NCBI GenBank assembly: GCA_017609175.1
Contig: JAFCEJ010000003.1
Coordinates: forward strand, 77,817-141,816
From: Candidatus Pacearchaeota archaeon
GTDB lineage: Archaea > Nanobdellota > Nanobdellia > Pacearchaeales > GW2011-AR1
Reading direction: 5' to 3'
DNA: 64,000 bases
Under the pieces are notes generated by a model. It searched no databases and was not told the origin of the DNA. It saw nothing but the letters and a program-made list of their open reading frames with translations. The position numbers and the translations under genes are program-made. This document shows, one piece after another, positions 38,349 through 48,262 of the stretch (position 1 is the first letter of the stretch; every line of letters starts with the position of its first letter).

Positions 38349-38753
38349 ATGGAAATTGATGCAAAACAACAAGAGATTATTTATCAATTAAGTTTATTTG
38401 AACAACAAATGCAACAGATTCGGCAACAGATGCAAACAGTTGAGCAGGGAATTATTGAATTAAAGGATTTAGATAAGGGGCTTGATAATTTGAAAGGGAA
38501 AAAAGATAAAGAAATCCTTGCACAAATTGGAAGAGGAATTTTTGTAAAAGCAAAATTGATTTCTGAAGATTTAACTGTTGATATCGGAGGAAAAAATTTT
38601 ATTGTAAAAAGTATCTCTGAAACAAAAGAAATGATTAATGAACAAATTAATAAATTAGAAGATGTTTATGAACAATTAACAAAAAGTTTGAATGAATTAA
38701 ATATGCAGATGATAAAATTAATTGACGAAGTTCAGAAAGAAAAAACTAACTAA
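38349..38753 (+). CDS. pfdA: Prefoldin alpha subunit
   Basis: EILAQIGRGIFV...VDIGG double hairpin between coiled coils. Confidence 0.93.
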   Translation: MEIDAKQQEIIYQLSLFEQQMQQIRQQMQTVEQGIIELKDLDKGLDNLKGKKDKEILAQIGRGIFVKAKLISEDLTVDIGGKNFIVKSISETKEMINEQINKLEDVYEQLTKSLNELNMQMIKLIDEVQKEKTN

Positions 38754-39558
38754 CTTTTTTTAAAAAATCTCTATAACTTAAAACTCCAAGTTCACTAACT
38801 ATTTTTGTAATATATTTTTTATCAACAAATTCAAATGCAGGATTTTTAATCCTAATATTCTTTGGTGCTTTATCCCAGACCTCATTCAGCTTTCTATTTT
38901 CTATTGGAACTCTTCTTTTTGTAAATTTCCATGAATCAGCGACGATATAAACCGGAATTTTATTTTGTTTTGCAATTTGTGCAATTACTTCTGAACCAAC
39001 TTTATTTATTATTCCTTTTCTTAAAAGTGCATCTGCACCAAGAAAAACTTTGTTTGGTTTTTTATTTTTTTGTTCTCCTGATAAAACAATCCCCACTGCA
39101 GAATCAACAAACATAGTAACTTTTATTTTTGCTTGTTTCAATTGTTTTGCGGTTTTCCTCCCCTGATAAAGGGGGCGTGTTTCAGTATTATAAACTTCAA
39201 ATTTTTTTCCTTTCTTTTTTGCATAAATTAAAGCGTTAACAACATTTGTAGAATGACAATGTGTAAAAATTATATCATTCTTTTTAATTAATTTAAATAT
39301 CTGCTTGTTTATTTTTTCCTGAGATTGTTGAAAATGATTCTGAATTTCTTCTACGGATTTTCCTTTTTCAGCTAAATCTAAAACATTTTCTAACATGGGT
39401 TCTGTTGGCCTAAGTGAAAGAAGTTTTTTCTTGGAAACTTTTGTTGGAATTAAAGAATAAGCCTGCAAAGCAGCTTTTGCAATATTTGTAGCTCCCTGTA
39501 TTTTAACATTTTTAATATCTTTTATGATTTTATTGAATCTCTTTTTTTTGTTATGCAT
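38746..39558 (-). CDS. Ribose-1,5-bisphosphate isomerase (eIF2B alpha/beta/delta family)
   Basis: IQGA, RPTEP, THCHS (catalytic Cys), ETRP..QG, GAD (catalytic Asp), NKVGS. Confidence 0.85.
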   Translation of the reverse strand: MHNKKKRFNKIIKDIKNVKIQGATNIAKAALQAYSLIPTKVSKKKLLSLRPTEPMLENVLDLAEKGKSVEEIQNHFQQSQEKINKQIFKLIKKNDIIFTHCHSTNVVNALIYAKKKGKKFEVYNTETRPLYQGRKTAKQLKQAKIKVTMFVDSAVGIVLSGEQKNKKPNKVFLGADALLRKGIINKVGSEVIAQIAKQNKIPVYIVADSWKFTKRRVPIENRKLNEVWDKAPKNIRIKNPAFEFVDKKYITKIVSELGVLSYRDFLKKVS

Positions 39559-39611
39559 AATAATAACATTAATTCCCTAACATTTAAAAAATCTCTTTTT
39601 CTTGTATCTCT

Positions 39612-40469
39612 ATGCTTGAGATGCTTTATAATCCAAAATATTCTGAAAAGGGGCCATTCAAGATGTTTTTTATCGGGGTGGTCTACGCGTCGTTATCCCT
39701 GTTGTTAGTACATTGGTTCTTTTCTAAAGACCCTGTACTAGGAGAATATTCTGGATTATTTGTAGTTTTGTTCTGCGTCTTATTTAGTATTTTATTTATG
39801 TATTTTTTAATAAAACAAGAGGAAGAGGAAGACGAGGATGTAACTGGATTTTGGAGTGTATGGAAAGTTCATCGTGATGCGCTTTATGCTTTTATGTGGT
39901 TATTTTTGGGATTTATTATTGCATTTGCATTTTGGTTTATTATTTTGCAAAATTTCAATTTATTTAATATTCAAATTGAAACATATTGTATGATAAATAG
40001 TCCTGGAAATATTGATGATTGTGTCAAAAACTATGATTTTACTGGAAAAGTTGTTGGTGTTGGAGCCATGACAGATAGTGCAAGATTTATCTCGATTCTC
40101 CAGAATAATGTTTATGTAATGATTTTCACATTGGTATTTTCATTGCTTTTTGGGGCAGGGGCAATTTTTATCTTAGCTTGGAATGCGAGTATTATCGGAG
40201 CAGCAATAGCAATATTCTCAAAATACAATATAAGTGAAATCCCAATAGGCATTCTAAGATATATGATTCATGGATTTCCTGAAATCGCAGCATATTTTAT
40301 AACTGCTTTAGCAGGAGGAATTTTTGGTGCAGGAGTAATTAAAAATGGTATCAAAAGCAGAAAATTAATAAGAATTTTAGAAAATTCAGTAATCTTGCTT
40401 TTTATAGCATTGATTATATTAGTAATTGCTGCAATAATAGAAGTTTACATTACACCTGCTTTTTTCTGA
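39612..40469 (+). CDS. SpoIIM-like (DUF95) membrane protein
   Basis: ILQNN, WNASIIG, HGFPEI, AAIIEVYI. Confidence 0.8.
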   Translation: MLEMLYNPKYSEKGPFKMFFIGVVYASLSLLLVHWFFSKDPVLGEYSGLFVVLFCVLFSILFMYFLIKQEEEEDEDVTGFWSVWKVHRDALYAFMWLFLGFIIAFAFWFIILQNFNLFNIQIETYCMINSPGNIDDCVKNYDFTGKVVGVGAMTDSARFISILQNNVYVMIFTLVFSLLFGAGAIFILAWNASIIGAAIAIFSKYNISEIPIGILRYMIHGFPEIAAYFITALAGGIFGAGVIKNGIKSRKLIRILENSVILLFIALIILVIAAIIEVYITPAFF

Positions 40470-40506
40470 TAACAATCTTTAAATATAATTATCTTTTCCT
40501 TAAATC

Positions 40507-40644
40507 ATGAAATTTGTATGCTTAAATTGCAATTACAGGTTTGAATCAGAAACAGAATACACTGGGAAACCGTGTCCTTATTGTGGGAAAAAAGAAGTAA
40601 TTAAAGAGCCGAGTGCAGAAGATTTATTAAAAGGAGTAGAATAA
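40507..40644 (+). CDS. Small C4 zinc-ribbon protein; not in ORF track
   Basis: Manual translation MKFVCLNCNYRFESETEYTGKPCPYCGKKEVIKEPSAEDLLKGVE. Confidence 0.75.
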   Translation: MKFVCLNCNYRFESETEYTGKPCPYCGKKEVIKEPSAEDLLKGVE

Positions 40645-40652
40645 TTTCTAAG

Positions 40653-43382
40653 ATGAATGAATTAGATAAAAACGATTTGATAGAAGAAAGAAAAAAGAAA
40701 ATAATTAATCTCTTAAATAAACAAAAAGATTGGGTTTATTATACAATTCTGGGATTTATTGTTTTAGTTTCAATATATATAAGGTCGAGAAATATTTCAA
40801 AATTAAAAGATATTACTACAGGAACTTGGACATTGGGCCCTGACTTAGACCCTTTTTTATTCTTGAGGTGGGCAGAATACATTGTTGAGCATGGAAAATT
40901 AATGGCAATTGATACTATGAGGTATGTCCCATTAGGATTTGATACTGCTTATGAAATGAGATTGCTTCCATATTTAATTGCATGGTTTCATAAATTTCTC
41001 TCATTTTTTTCTTTGAGTGATAGTGTAACATATTCTGCAATAATTTTTCCTGTTTTTATGGCCGGATTAACAGCTATTGCGTTTTTTCTTTTTGCAAGAA
41101 AAATATTTTACAAAGAGGATAGAAAAACGAAAAACATAATTGCTTTAATTGCAACAGGTTTTTTTATTTTAGTACCATCTCTATTGCCAAGAACAATAGC
41201 AGGGATTCCTGAAAAAGAATCTGCTGCTTTCTTTTTTATGTTTATGGCGTTTTATTTCTTTTTAGAAGCATTTACCTCTGAAAAAATGAAAAAAAGTTTA
41301 GTTTTTGGGATTTTAGCTGGAATAACAACAGGATTAATGGCATTGATTTGGGGAGGCGCAACATTTGTTTTTATGAGTATTGGTGGAGCTGTTTTCTTTG
41401 CATTCGTCTTGGGAAAAATAACAACAAAAAGATTTTATTCTTATGGTTTATGGATTTTATTTTTTATGATTCTTATGGTTCCTTTTTCTACAAGATATTC
41501 TTTAATGAATTTGATAACATCAATTAGTACAGGCTTAAATTTTTTGATATTTTTCATAATTTTAACAAATTTCATTTTATTTGAAAAATTAAAATTTAAT
41601 AAAAAAATAAGAATTGATAACATACCAAAACAAATAATTTCAACAGCTATTTCTGTGGTAATTATCCTTATTTTAACTTCAATCTTTTTTGGAATTGGAT
41701 TTAATATAAACCAGTTTAAAGAAATTTTAGAAAGAACCGTTCATCCTCTGAGCACAACAAGATTCGCTCTCACAGTTGCAGAAAACAGGCAACCTTATTT
41801 TGTAAGTGATTGGAAAAATAGCCTTGGCCCAATTGTTTATAATATTCCGTTATTCTTTTGGTTATTTTTTATTGGTTCTATAGCAATGTTTAATCATTTA
41901 ATTAAAAGATTGAGAAAAAAAGAAAAGTTTATCTTAACATTCAGTTATACTGCCTTTTTATTTTGCCTTATATTCAGCAAATATTCTCCAAACAGTATTT
42001 TAAATGGAGAAAGTGGATTGAGCCTATTTGTTTATTTTGGCGGGGTATTATTTTTCATTGGAAGTTTTATATATCTTTATTTTAAAAAATATCATGAAGG
42101 GACTTTTCATAATTTCAAAGAATTTAATTTTTCATATATATTATACTTCACAATTTTAACAATGGCTATTGTAGGTGCGAGGGGGGCGGTAAGATTAATT
42201 ATGGTGTTGGCAGCAATTAGTCCAGTCGCAATTTCTTTTTTATCTGTTAAAATTTCACAAAGAGCAATTAAAGAACAAGAAGAAACAACAAAATTCTTTG
42301 TTAGATTAGCTGCGATAATAATTATCCTCATGGTGGTGCTTACACTCTGGACATATTATAAGCAGGACAGATATACCTCAGAAAATTTCGCTCCGAGTAT
42401 GTATAATATGCAATGGCAAAAAGCAATGAGTTGGGTCAGAGAGAATACTTCAAAGGATGCTGTTTTTGCCCATTGGTGGGATTATGGTTATTGGATCCAA
42501 AGTATTGGTGAAAGAGCAACAATTTTAGATGGAGGAAATGCGATTGTCTATTGGAATTATTTAATGGGAAGGTATGTCCTAACAGGAACAAATGAAAAAG
42601 ATGCATTAGAATTTCTTTATACCCACAATGGAACACATCTTTTAATTGACTCGACAGAACTTGGAAAGTATACTGCCTTTTCAAGCATCGGTTCTGATGA
42701 AAATTATGACAGGTTCTCCTGGATTACTAACTTTTTTATGAATGAGAAACAAACCCGTGAAACAAAGGATGAAATAATATATACTTATTTTGGTGGGGCA
42801 TTAGTTGATGAAGATATAATTTGGAGTGAAAATGGAAAAGACATTTTCCTTCCTGAAAGAAAAGCAAGTGTCGGAGCAATTATTTTAAGAAAAGATAAAA
42901 CAGGAAAAATTCTCCAACCAGAAGCAATTTTTATATACAACAATCAGCAATATAGAATTCCATTAAGATATGCTTATTATAAAAATAAATTATATGACTT
43001 TGGTTCTGGATTAGATGCAGGAATATTTATTTATCCAAAAGCAGATATAACAAGAGACAATAACATAAGAATTAATGAAATAGGTGCGTTGTATTATCTT
43101 AGCAAAAGAACAATTCATTCAAACTTAATTAACCTATATTTATTTGACAAAAAATCAGAATATTTCAAATTAGTCCACACTGAAAGTAATTTAATAGTTG
43201 AAAATCTAAGACAACAAGGACAGGATATGGGAGAATTCATATATTATCAGGGATTTCAGGGGCCGATTAAAATCTGGGAGATAAATTATCCAGAAAACAT
43301 AAAACCAAACCAAGAATATCTTTTGAAAACATATCCAAATAAAAAATTAGAAATTGCAGATAAAAGTAAATACAATAATTAA
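40653..43382 (+). CDS. aglB: Oligosaccharyltransferase AglB (STT3)
   Basis: DLDP, EKE, TVAE, WWDYG motifs; multi-TM N-terminal half. Confidence 0.96.
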   Translation: MNELDKNDLIEERKKKIINLLNKQKDWVYYTILGFIVLVSIYIRSRNISKLKDITTGTWTLGPDLDPFLFLRWAEYIVEHGKLMAIDTMRYVPLGFDTAYEMRLLPYLIAWFHKFLSFFSLSDSVTYSAIIFPVFMAGLTAIAFFLFARKIFYKEDRKTKNIIALIATGFFILVPSLLPRTIAGIPEKESAAFFFMFMAFYFFLEAFTSEKMKKSLVFGILAGITTGLMALIWGGATFVFMSIGGAVFFAFVLGKITTKRFYSYGLWILFFMILMVPFSTRYSLMNLITSISTGLNFLIFFIILTNFILFEKLKFNKKIRIDNIPKQIISTAISVVIILILTSIFFGIGFNINQFKEILERTVHPLSTTRFALTVAENRQPYFVSDWKNSLGPIVYNIPLFFWLFFIGSIAMFNHLIKRLRKKEKFILTFSYTAFLFCLIFSKYSPNSILNGESGLSLFVYFGGVLFFIGSFIYLYFKKYHEGTFHNFKEFNFSYILYFTILTMAIVGARGAVRLIMVLAAISPVAISFLSVKISQRAIKEQEETTKFFVRLAAIIIILMVVLTLWTYYKQDRYTSENFAPSMYNMQWQKAMSWVRENTSKDAVFAHWWDYGYWIQSIGERATILDGGNAIVYWNYLMGRYVLTGTNEKDALEFLYTHNGTHLLIDSTELGKYTAFSSIGSDENYDRFSWITNFFMNEKQTRETKDEIIYTYFGGALVDEDIIWSENGKDIFLPERKASVGAIILRKDKTGKILQPEAIFIYNNQQYRIPLRYAYYKNKLYDFGSGLDAGIFIYPKADITRDNNIRINEIGALYYLSKRTIHSNLINLYLFDKKSEYFKLVHTESNLIVENLRQQGQDMGEFIYYQGFQGPIKIWEINYPENIKPNQEYLLKTYPNKKLEIADKSKYNN

Positions 43383-43383
43383 A

Positions 43384-44379
43384 ATGGAGAAAATATTATT
43401 AATTCCAATTTTATTAAGTTTTTTTGTAACATTATTTTTCATTCCTGTTTGGATAAAAAGAGCGAAAAAATCTGGAATTATTGGAAAAGATATGAATAAA
43501 CTTTCAAAGAAAGAAATAGCAGAAGCAGGCGGTATTCCAATACTTTTTGCCTTCACCTTGGGGGTATTAACATATATTGCTATAAAAACATTTTATTTTA
43601 AAGCGACAGAAAATTTAATTGAAATTTTTTCTTTATTAAATGTTATTTTAATAATTGGTCTTGTAGGGCTTGTAGATGATATTCTTGGATGGAAAATTGG
43701 ATTGAATAAAAAAATTAGGATTTTCTTTTTATTTTTTGCAGCAATTCCTTTAATGGTAATAAATGCGGGGGAGTCAATGATGATGGGAATTGAATTTGGG
43801 TTATTATATCCCTTACTTTTTATTCCATTGGGGATCATTGGTGCTTCTGCCACATTTAATTTTTTAGCAGGATATAATGGGTTAGAAGCAAGTCAAGGAA
43901 GCTTGATTTTATTTGCATTAGCAATTGTAACATGGTTTACGAATAATGGTTGGTTAAGCATAATTTGTCTAATTATGACTGTTTGTTTAATTGCTTTTTA
44001 CATTTTTAACAAATATCCTGCAAAAGTTTTTCCGGGAGATAGTTTAACATACCCTGTTGGAGCATTAATTGCGACAATAGCAATTTTAGGAAATATTGAA
44101 AAAATTGCTGTTTTCTTTTTTATCCCATATGTTCTTGAAACAGGGTTAAAATTAAGAGGAAATTTAAAAAAACAGAGTTTTGCCAAAATAAATGAAGATG
44201 GGAGCCTGGAAATGCCCCATGAAAAAATATATGGGTTAGAACATTTGGCAATAAAAATTTTAAAAAAAATAAAAAAAGACCATAAGGTTTATGAAAAAGA
44301 TGTGGTTTATTTAATAAATTTGTTTCAAATCCTAATAATAATTGTAGGTTTTTTGATTTTTAGAAATTACTTGTTTTAA
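43384..44379 (+). CDS. UDP-GlcNAc:polyprenyl-phosphate GlcNAc-1-P transferase (MraY/GPT/AglH-like)
   Basis: GKDMNK, EAGG, GLVDDI, NFLAGYNGLE, PAKVFPGDS. Confidence 0.93.
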   Translation: MEKILLIPILLSFFVTLFFIPVWIKRAKKSGIIGKDMNKLSKKEIAEAGGIPILFAFTLGVLTYIAIKTFYFKATENLIEIFSLLNVILIIGLVGLVDDILGWKIGLNKKIRIFFLFFAAIPLMVINAGESMMMGIEFGLLYPLLFIPLGIIGASATFNFLAGYNGLEASQGSLILFALAIVTWFTNNGWLSIICLIMTVCLIAFYIFNKYPAKVFPGDSLTYPVGALIATIAILGNIEKIAVFFFIPYVLETGLKLRGNLKKQSFAKINEDGSLEMPHEKIYGLEHLAIKILKKIKKDHKVYEKDVVYLINLFQILIIIVGFLIFRNYLF

Positions 44380-44380
44380 G

Positions 44381-45610
44381 ATGTTGAAAAAAATATTCTC
44401 GAATGAGTTGTATAAAGGAAGCATAATTTTAATTATTCTGTTAAATTTAGGAAATTTTTTTGGATATCTGTTTCAGTTTACTATGGCCCAACTACTTGGT
44501 CCAATTCTATACGGTGCTTTTGCTGTAGTTACAAATATTATTTTAGTTTTTGGAGTCCCGCTAATATCAATACAAACCATTGTTGCAAAACATACTGCTA
44601 AATTTAATGCCCAAAAAAATATTAGAAAAATAAAGGGACTATTTTTATTCCTCATAAAAAAGGTAATGATTATAGCGATAATTATCTTTTTTATTTTTAG
44701 TCTAATTTCTTTGTTTTTATCAAAATATCTTGGGATTAGTGTAGGTGTGTTAATTCTGACAGGATGTTTTATATTCGGAGGATTTTTACAATCAATTGGA
44801 CTCGGAATATTACAAGGATTAAAAAAGTTTAATGCATTAGGATTTAGTATTTTTGTTAATGGTTTTTTCAAATTTTCAATTGGTGTTTTTCTTGTCCTTT
44901 TAGGTTTGAAAATTTATGGAGCAGTACTTGGTTTTATCTTTGGAATAATAATCTCATTTATAATCGCCCTTTTATTTATAAAAGATGTTTTAAAAGCTAA
45001 AAAAACTGAAGAGAAAATAGATATCTTTATGAAAAATAATAGAATTGATTTTTTTGCGATGTTTATTTTTGTATTTATTTTCAGTTTAGATGTCATTTTT
45101 GCAAAAGCATTTTTCTCTCCAGAAATTGCAGGAAAATATGCCGTAATTTCAATGATCGGAAAGATAATTTTATTTTTTACAATGGCAATAGGAAATGTAA
45201 TGCTTCCTATAAATTCAGAAAAATTTGCAAAAGGACACCAAACAAAAAGAGTTTTTAGAAAATCTGTTTTATTAATTTGTTTAATCTGTGGAATTTCACT
45301 ATTTTTCTTTTTGTTGTTTCCAGAGTTAATTGTGAAAATATTATTCGGGGAGGAGTATATTTCTGGTTCAAATATCCTTCTTTATATCGGCATTGCTTTT
45401 AGCTTTATCTCCCTAATAAATATCTTTTTGCTTCAGATGATTTCTACAGATAAATTCAAAAAAAACCATTTGATTATAATGATTTTGCTTCTTGGATTAC
45501 AAATAATGATTTTTTCAATGTTTCATAAAACTATAGAACAATTTAGTATGGGATTTATGTTCTCCACAATAATAAGCTTTATAGGGGTACTTTTATTGTC
45601 TAAAAAATGA
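44381..45610 (+). CDS. Oligosaccharide flippase (Wzx/MOP family)
   Basis: About 12 TM; LLGPILYG, DVIFAK...AGKY. Confidence 0.88.
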   Translation: MLKKIFSNELYKGSIILIILLNLGNFFGYLFQFTMAQLLGPILYGAFAVVTNIILVFGVPLISIQTIVAKHTAKFNAQKNIRKIKGLFLFLIKKVMIIAIIIFFIFSLISLFLSKYLGISVGVLILTGCFIFGGFLQSIGLGILQGLKKFNALGFSIFVNGFFKFSIGVFLVLLGLKIYGAVLGFIFGIIISFIIALLFIKDVLKAKKTEEKIDIFMKNNRIDFFAMFIFVFIFSLDVIFAKAFFSPEIAGKYAVISMIGKIILFFTMAIGNVMLPINSEKFAKGHQTKRVFRKSVLLICLICGISLFFFLLFPELIVKILFGEEYISGSNILLYIGIAFSFISLINIFLLQMISTDKFKKNHLIIMILLLGLQIMIFSMFHKTIEQFSMGFMFSTIISFIGVLLLSKK

Positions 45611-46317
45611 AACTTTCAATCATAATGCCTATGTATAATTCAAAGGATATACAGACAAATCTGAAAGAGGCAATCAAATCATTAGAAAAAGTAACAAAGG
45701 ATTACGAGATAGTAGTCGTAGATGATGGAAGTGAAAATGGATGTTTTAAAGAAGCTAAAAAATTCAAAAGTAAAAAAGTAAGGGTTGTTGGATATCGTAA
45801 AAATAGGGGCAAGGGAAATGCAATAAAATACGGTTTTAAGTTTACGAGAGGGGATTATATTGCTTTTGTAGATTCTGGAAGGGATTTAAATCCAAAACAA
45901 TTAAAAGATTTTTTAGCAATTATGGAATCTGAAAAAGCAGATATAGTTATTGGAAGTAAAAGGCACCCCAAATCAAAAGTCTATTATCCCATTATAAGAA
46001 GAATTATGAGCAGAACATATCAACTCGTTAATAAGATTTTATTTAATCTAAATGTTAAGGACACTCAGGTTGGGATAAAATTGTTTAAGAGGAATGTTCT
46101 GGAAAAAATTATGCCAAAAATCGTAGTCAAAAAATTCGCATTTGATTTGGAGTTATTAGTTTTAGCAAACAAACATAATTTTAAAATAGTTGAGGCGCCA
46201 ATTGTTATGAATTATAGATTTAAGAGCACTGTAAATATCTCTGCGGTATTTTGGATGTTATGGGATACTGCAGCCATTTTTTATAGATTAAAAATTTTAA
46301 GATACTATGACAGTTAA
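45607..46317 (+). CDS. GT2 polyprenyl-phosphate glycosyltransferase (DPM/Alg5-like)
   Basis: VVDDGS, NRGKGNA, GSKRH, DTQVGIK, FAFDLELL. Confidence 0.9.
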   Translation: MKLSIIMPMYNSKDIQTNLKEAIKSLEKVTKDYEIVVVDDGSENGCFKEAKKFKSKKVRVVGYRKNRGKGNAIKYGFKFTRGDYIAFVDSGRDLNPKQLKDFLAIMESEKADIVIGSKRHPKSKVYYPIIRRIMSRTYQLVNKILFNLNVKDTQVGIKLFKRNVLEKIMPKIVVKKFAFDLELLVLANKHNFKIVEAPIVMNYRFKSTVNISAVFWMLWDTAAIFYRLKILRYYDS

Positions 46318-47290
46318 ATTTTCAATAATCATACCTGTAAAAGAATTTAATGATTATCTAAAAGAATCTATTCCAATAATTCTTAATTTGAATTATAAAG
46401 ATTATGAAGTGATAATACTTCCTAATAAAAAGCCGCAAAAAATTCCGAGTTATGCAAAAAATAAAAAAATAAAGATTATTGCAACAGGAAAAGTAAGCCC
46501 TGCAATTAAAAGAGATATCGGAGCTAAAAAGGCTAAAGGAAAATATCTTGCTTTCCTAGATGATGATGCATATCCAGAAAAAGATTGGTTAAAAACTGCA
46601 GAAAAAATTTTTGTAGAAAAAAAGGTTTCTGCAATTGGTGGTCCTGCGATCACCCCGAAAAACGATTCTATCTCTCAAAAAGCATCAGGATTATTTTATG
46701 AAACTCTTTTTGGGGGAGGAGGACTTAGTTTTAGATATAAACCAGACAAAAAATCTTTTTATGTTAAAGATTTTCCTTCAGTCAATTTAATTGTTTCAAA
46801 AAAATCTTTTTTTGAAGTTGGAGGATTTGATAACAAATTCTGGCCTGGCGAAGATACCAAATTTTGTTTAGAATTAATAAAAAAAGGACATAAGATTTGG
46901 TATTCTAATAAATTGATAGTTTACCACCATAGAAGAAAGTTGTTCAAACCACATTTAAAACAAATTGCAAATTATGGGAAGCATCGGGGGTATTTTGCAA
47001 AAAAATTTCCTGAAACATCAAGAAAAATAAATTATTTTATACCATCTTTATTTTTTATAGTAAATTTTTTGTTATTAATTGGTTCTTTTTTTAATATAAT
47101 TATCTTAAAAATATGGATTATCTTACTAATAATTTACTTTTCTTTTATTTGTATAGATGTTTTCATAAGAACGCTTGATTTAAGAATAGGAATTTTGACA
47201 ATGATAATTACTTTTTTATCTCATATAACATATGGAATTAAATTTATAGAAGGATTTTTCTCTAAAAAAATAAAAAGCGAATTAAGATGA
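46307..47290 (+). CDS. GT2 glycosyltransferase with C-terminal TMs
   Basis: FSIIIP, FLDDDA, GGFD...GED. Confidence 0.9.
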   Translation: MTVKFSIIIPVKEFNDYLKESIPIILNLNYKDYEVIILPNKKPQKIPSYAKNKKIKIIATGKVSPAIKRDIGAKKAKGKYLAFLDDDAYPEKDWLKTAEKIFVEKKVSAIGGPAITPKNDSISQKASGLFYETLFGGGGLSFRYKPDKKSFYVKDFPSVNLIVSKKSFFEVGGFDNKFWPGEDTKFCLELIKKGHKIWYSNKLIVYHHRRKLFKPHLKQIANYGKHRGYFAKKFPETSRKINYFIPSLFFIVNFLLLIGSFFNIIILKIWIILLIIYFSFICIDVFIRTLDLRIGILTMIITFLSHITYGIKFIEGFFSKKIKSELR

Positions 47291-48261
47291 AAAAAATATT
47301 AATAACTGGTGGAGCGGGGTTTATTGGTTCACATTTAGCAAAAGAGCTTTTAGAAAAAGGCTATGAAGTTACTGTAATGGACAACCTTTTTACAGGAAAC
47401 AAATCAAACATTTATGGGCTTTTAGATAATCCACGATTTAGTTTTATACTGCATGACATTACCAAACCATTTTGGGGACAGTTTGATGAGATTTACAATC
47501 TTGCTTGCCCTGCATCGCCAGTTCATTATCAAAAAAATCCTGTTGAAACAATTAAAACATCAATAATGGGAATTATAAATGTATTAGAATTAGGACTAAA
47601 AACCAAAGCAAAAATTTTACATGCATCTACCTCTGAAATTTATGGAGACCCTCTCCAACATCCTCAAAAAGAAAGTTATTGGGGGAATGTTAATCCAATT
47701 GGGATAAGAAGTTGTTATGATGAAGGTAAAAGAGCTTCTGAGACACTTTGTATGGATTATTTAAGAGAATATGATGTAGATGTTAGAATTGTAAGAATTT
47801 TTAATACATATGGTCCAAATATGCATCCAAACGATGGGCGTGTTGTAAGCAATTTCATTATGCAAGCATTAAAAAATCAAGATATCACAATTTATGGTAC
47901 AGGGAACCAAACAAGAAGTTTTCAATATATTGAAGATTTAATAAATATTCTAATAAAATTTATGGAAAAAGAAAAAGAAGAATTATATAATCAATTAAAA
48001 ATCCTTGGACGGGAAAAATTGCCAATTATCAATACAGGGAACCCAAGGGAAGTTACAATAACAGAACTTGCAACAAAAATACTTCAATTAATCCCAGAGA
48101 GCAGGAGTAAAATAATATTTAAGGATTTACCAAAAGATGATCCTAAAAGAAGAAAACCAGACATAACTCTTGCAAAAAATCTTTTTGGATGGGAGCCAAA
48201 GATAGAATTAGAAGAAGGCTTAAAAAATACAATTGAATATTTTAAAAAAACAATAATTTAA
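47287..48261 (+). CDS. UDP-glucuronate decarboxylase (UDP-xylose synthase-like SDR)
   Basis: [46 protein letters not shown]. Confidence 0.93.
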   Translation: MKKILITGGAGFIGSHLAKELLEKGYEVTVMDNLFTGNKSNIYGLLDNPRFSFILHDITKPFWGQFDEIYNLACPASPVHYQKNPVETIKTSIMGIINVLELGLKTKAKILHASTSEIYGDPLQHPQKESYWGNVNPIGIRSCYDEGKRASETLCMDYLREYDVDVRIVRIFNTYGPNMHPNDGRVVSNFIMQALKNQDITIYGTGNQTRSFQYIEDLINILIKFMEKEKEELYNQLKILGREKLPIINTGNPREVTITELATKILQLIPESRSKIIFKDLPKDDPKRRKPDITLAKNLFGWEPKIELEEGLKNTIEYFKKTII

Positions 48262-48262
48262 A

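Noticed and set aside
38746..39558. Call as translation factor eIF2B subunit or methylthioribose-1-P isomerase
   Set aside because: THCHS, RPTEP and GAD motifs plus AMP phosphorylase in the same window fit R15P isomerase better.
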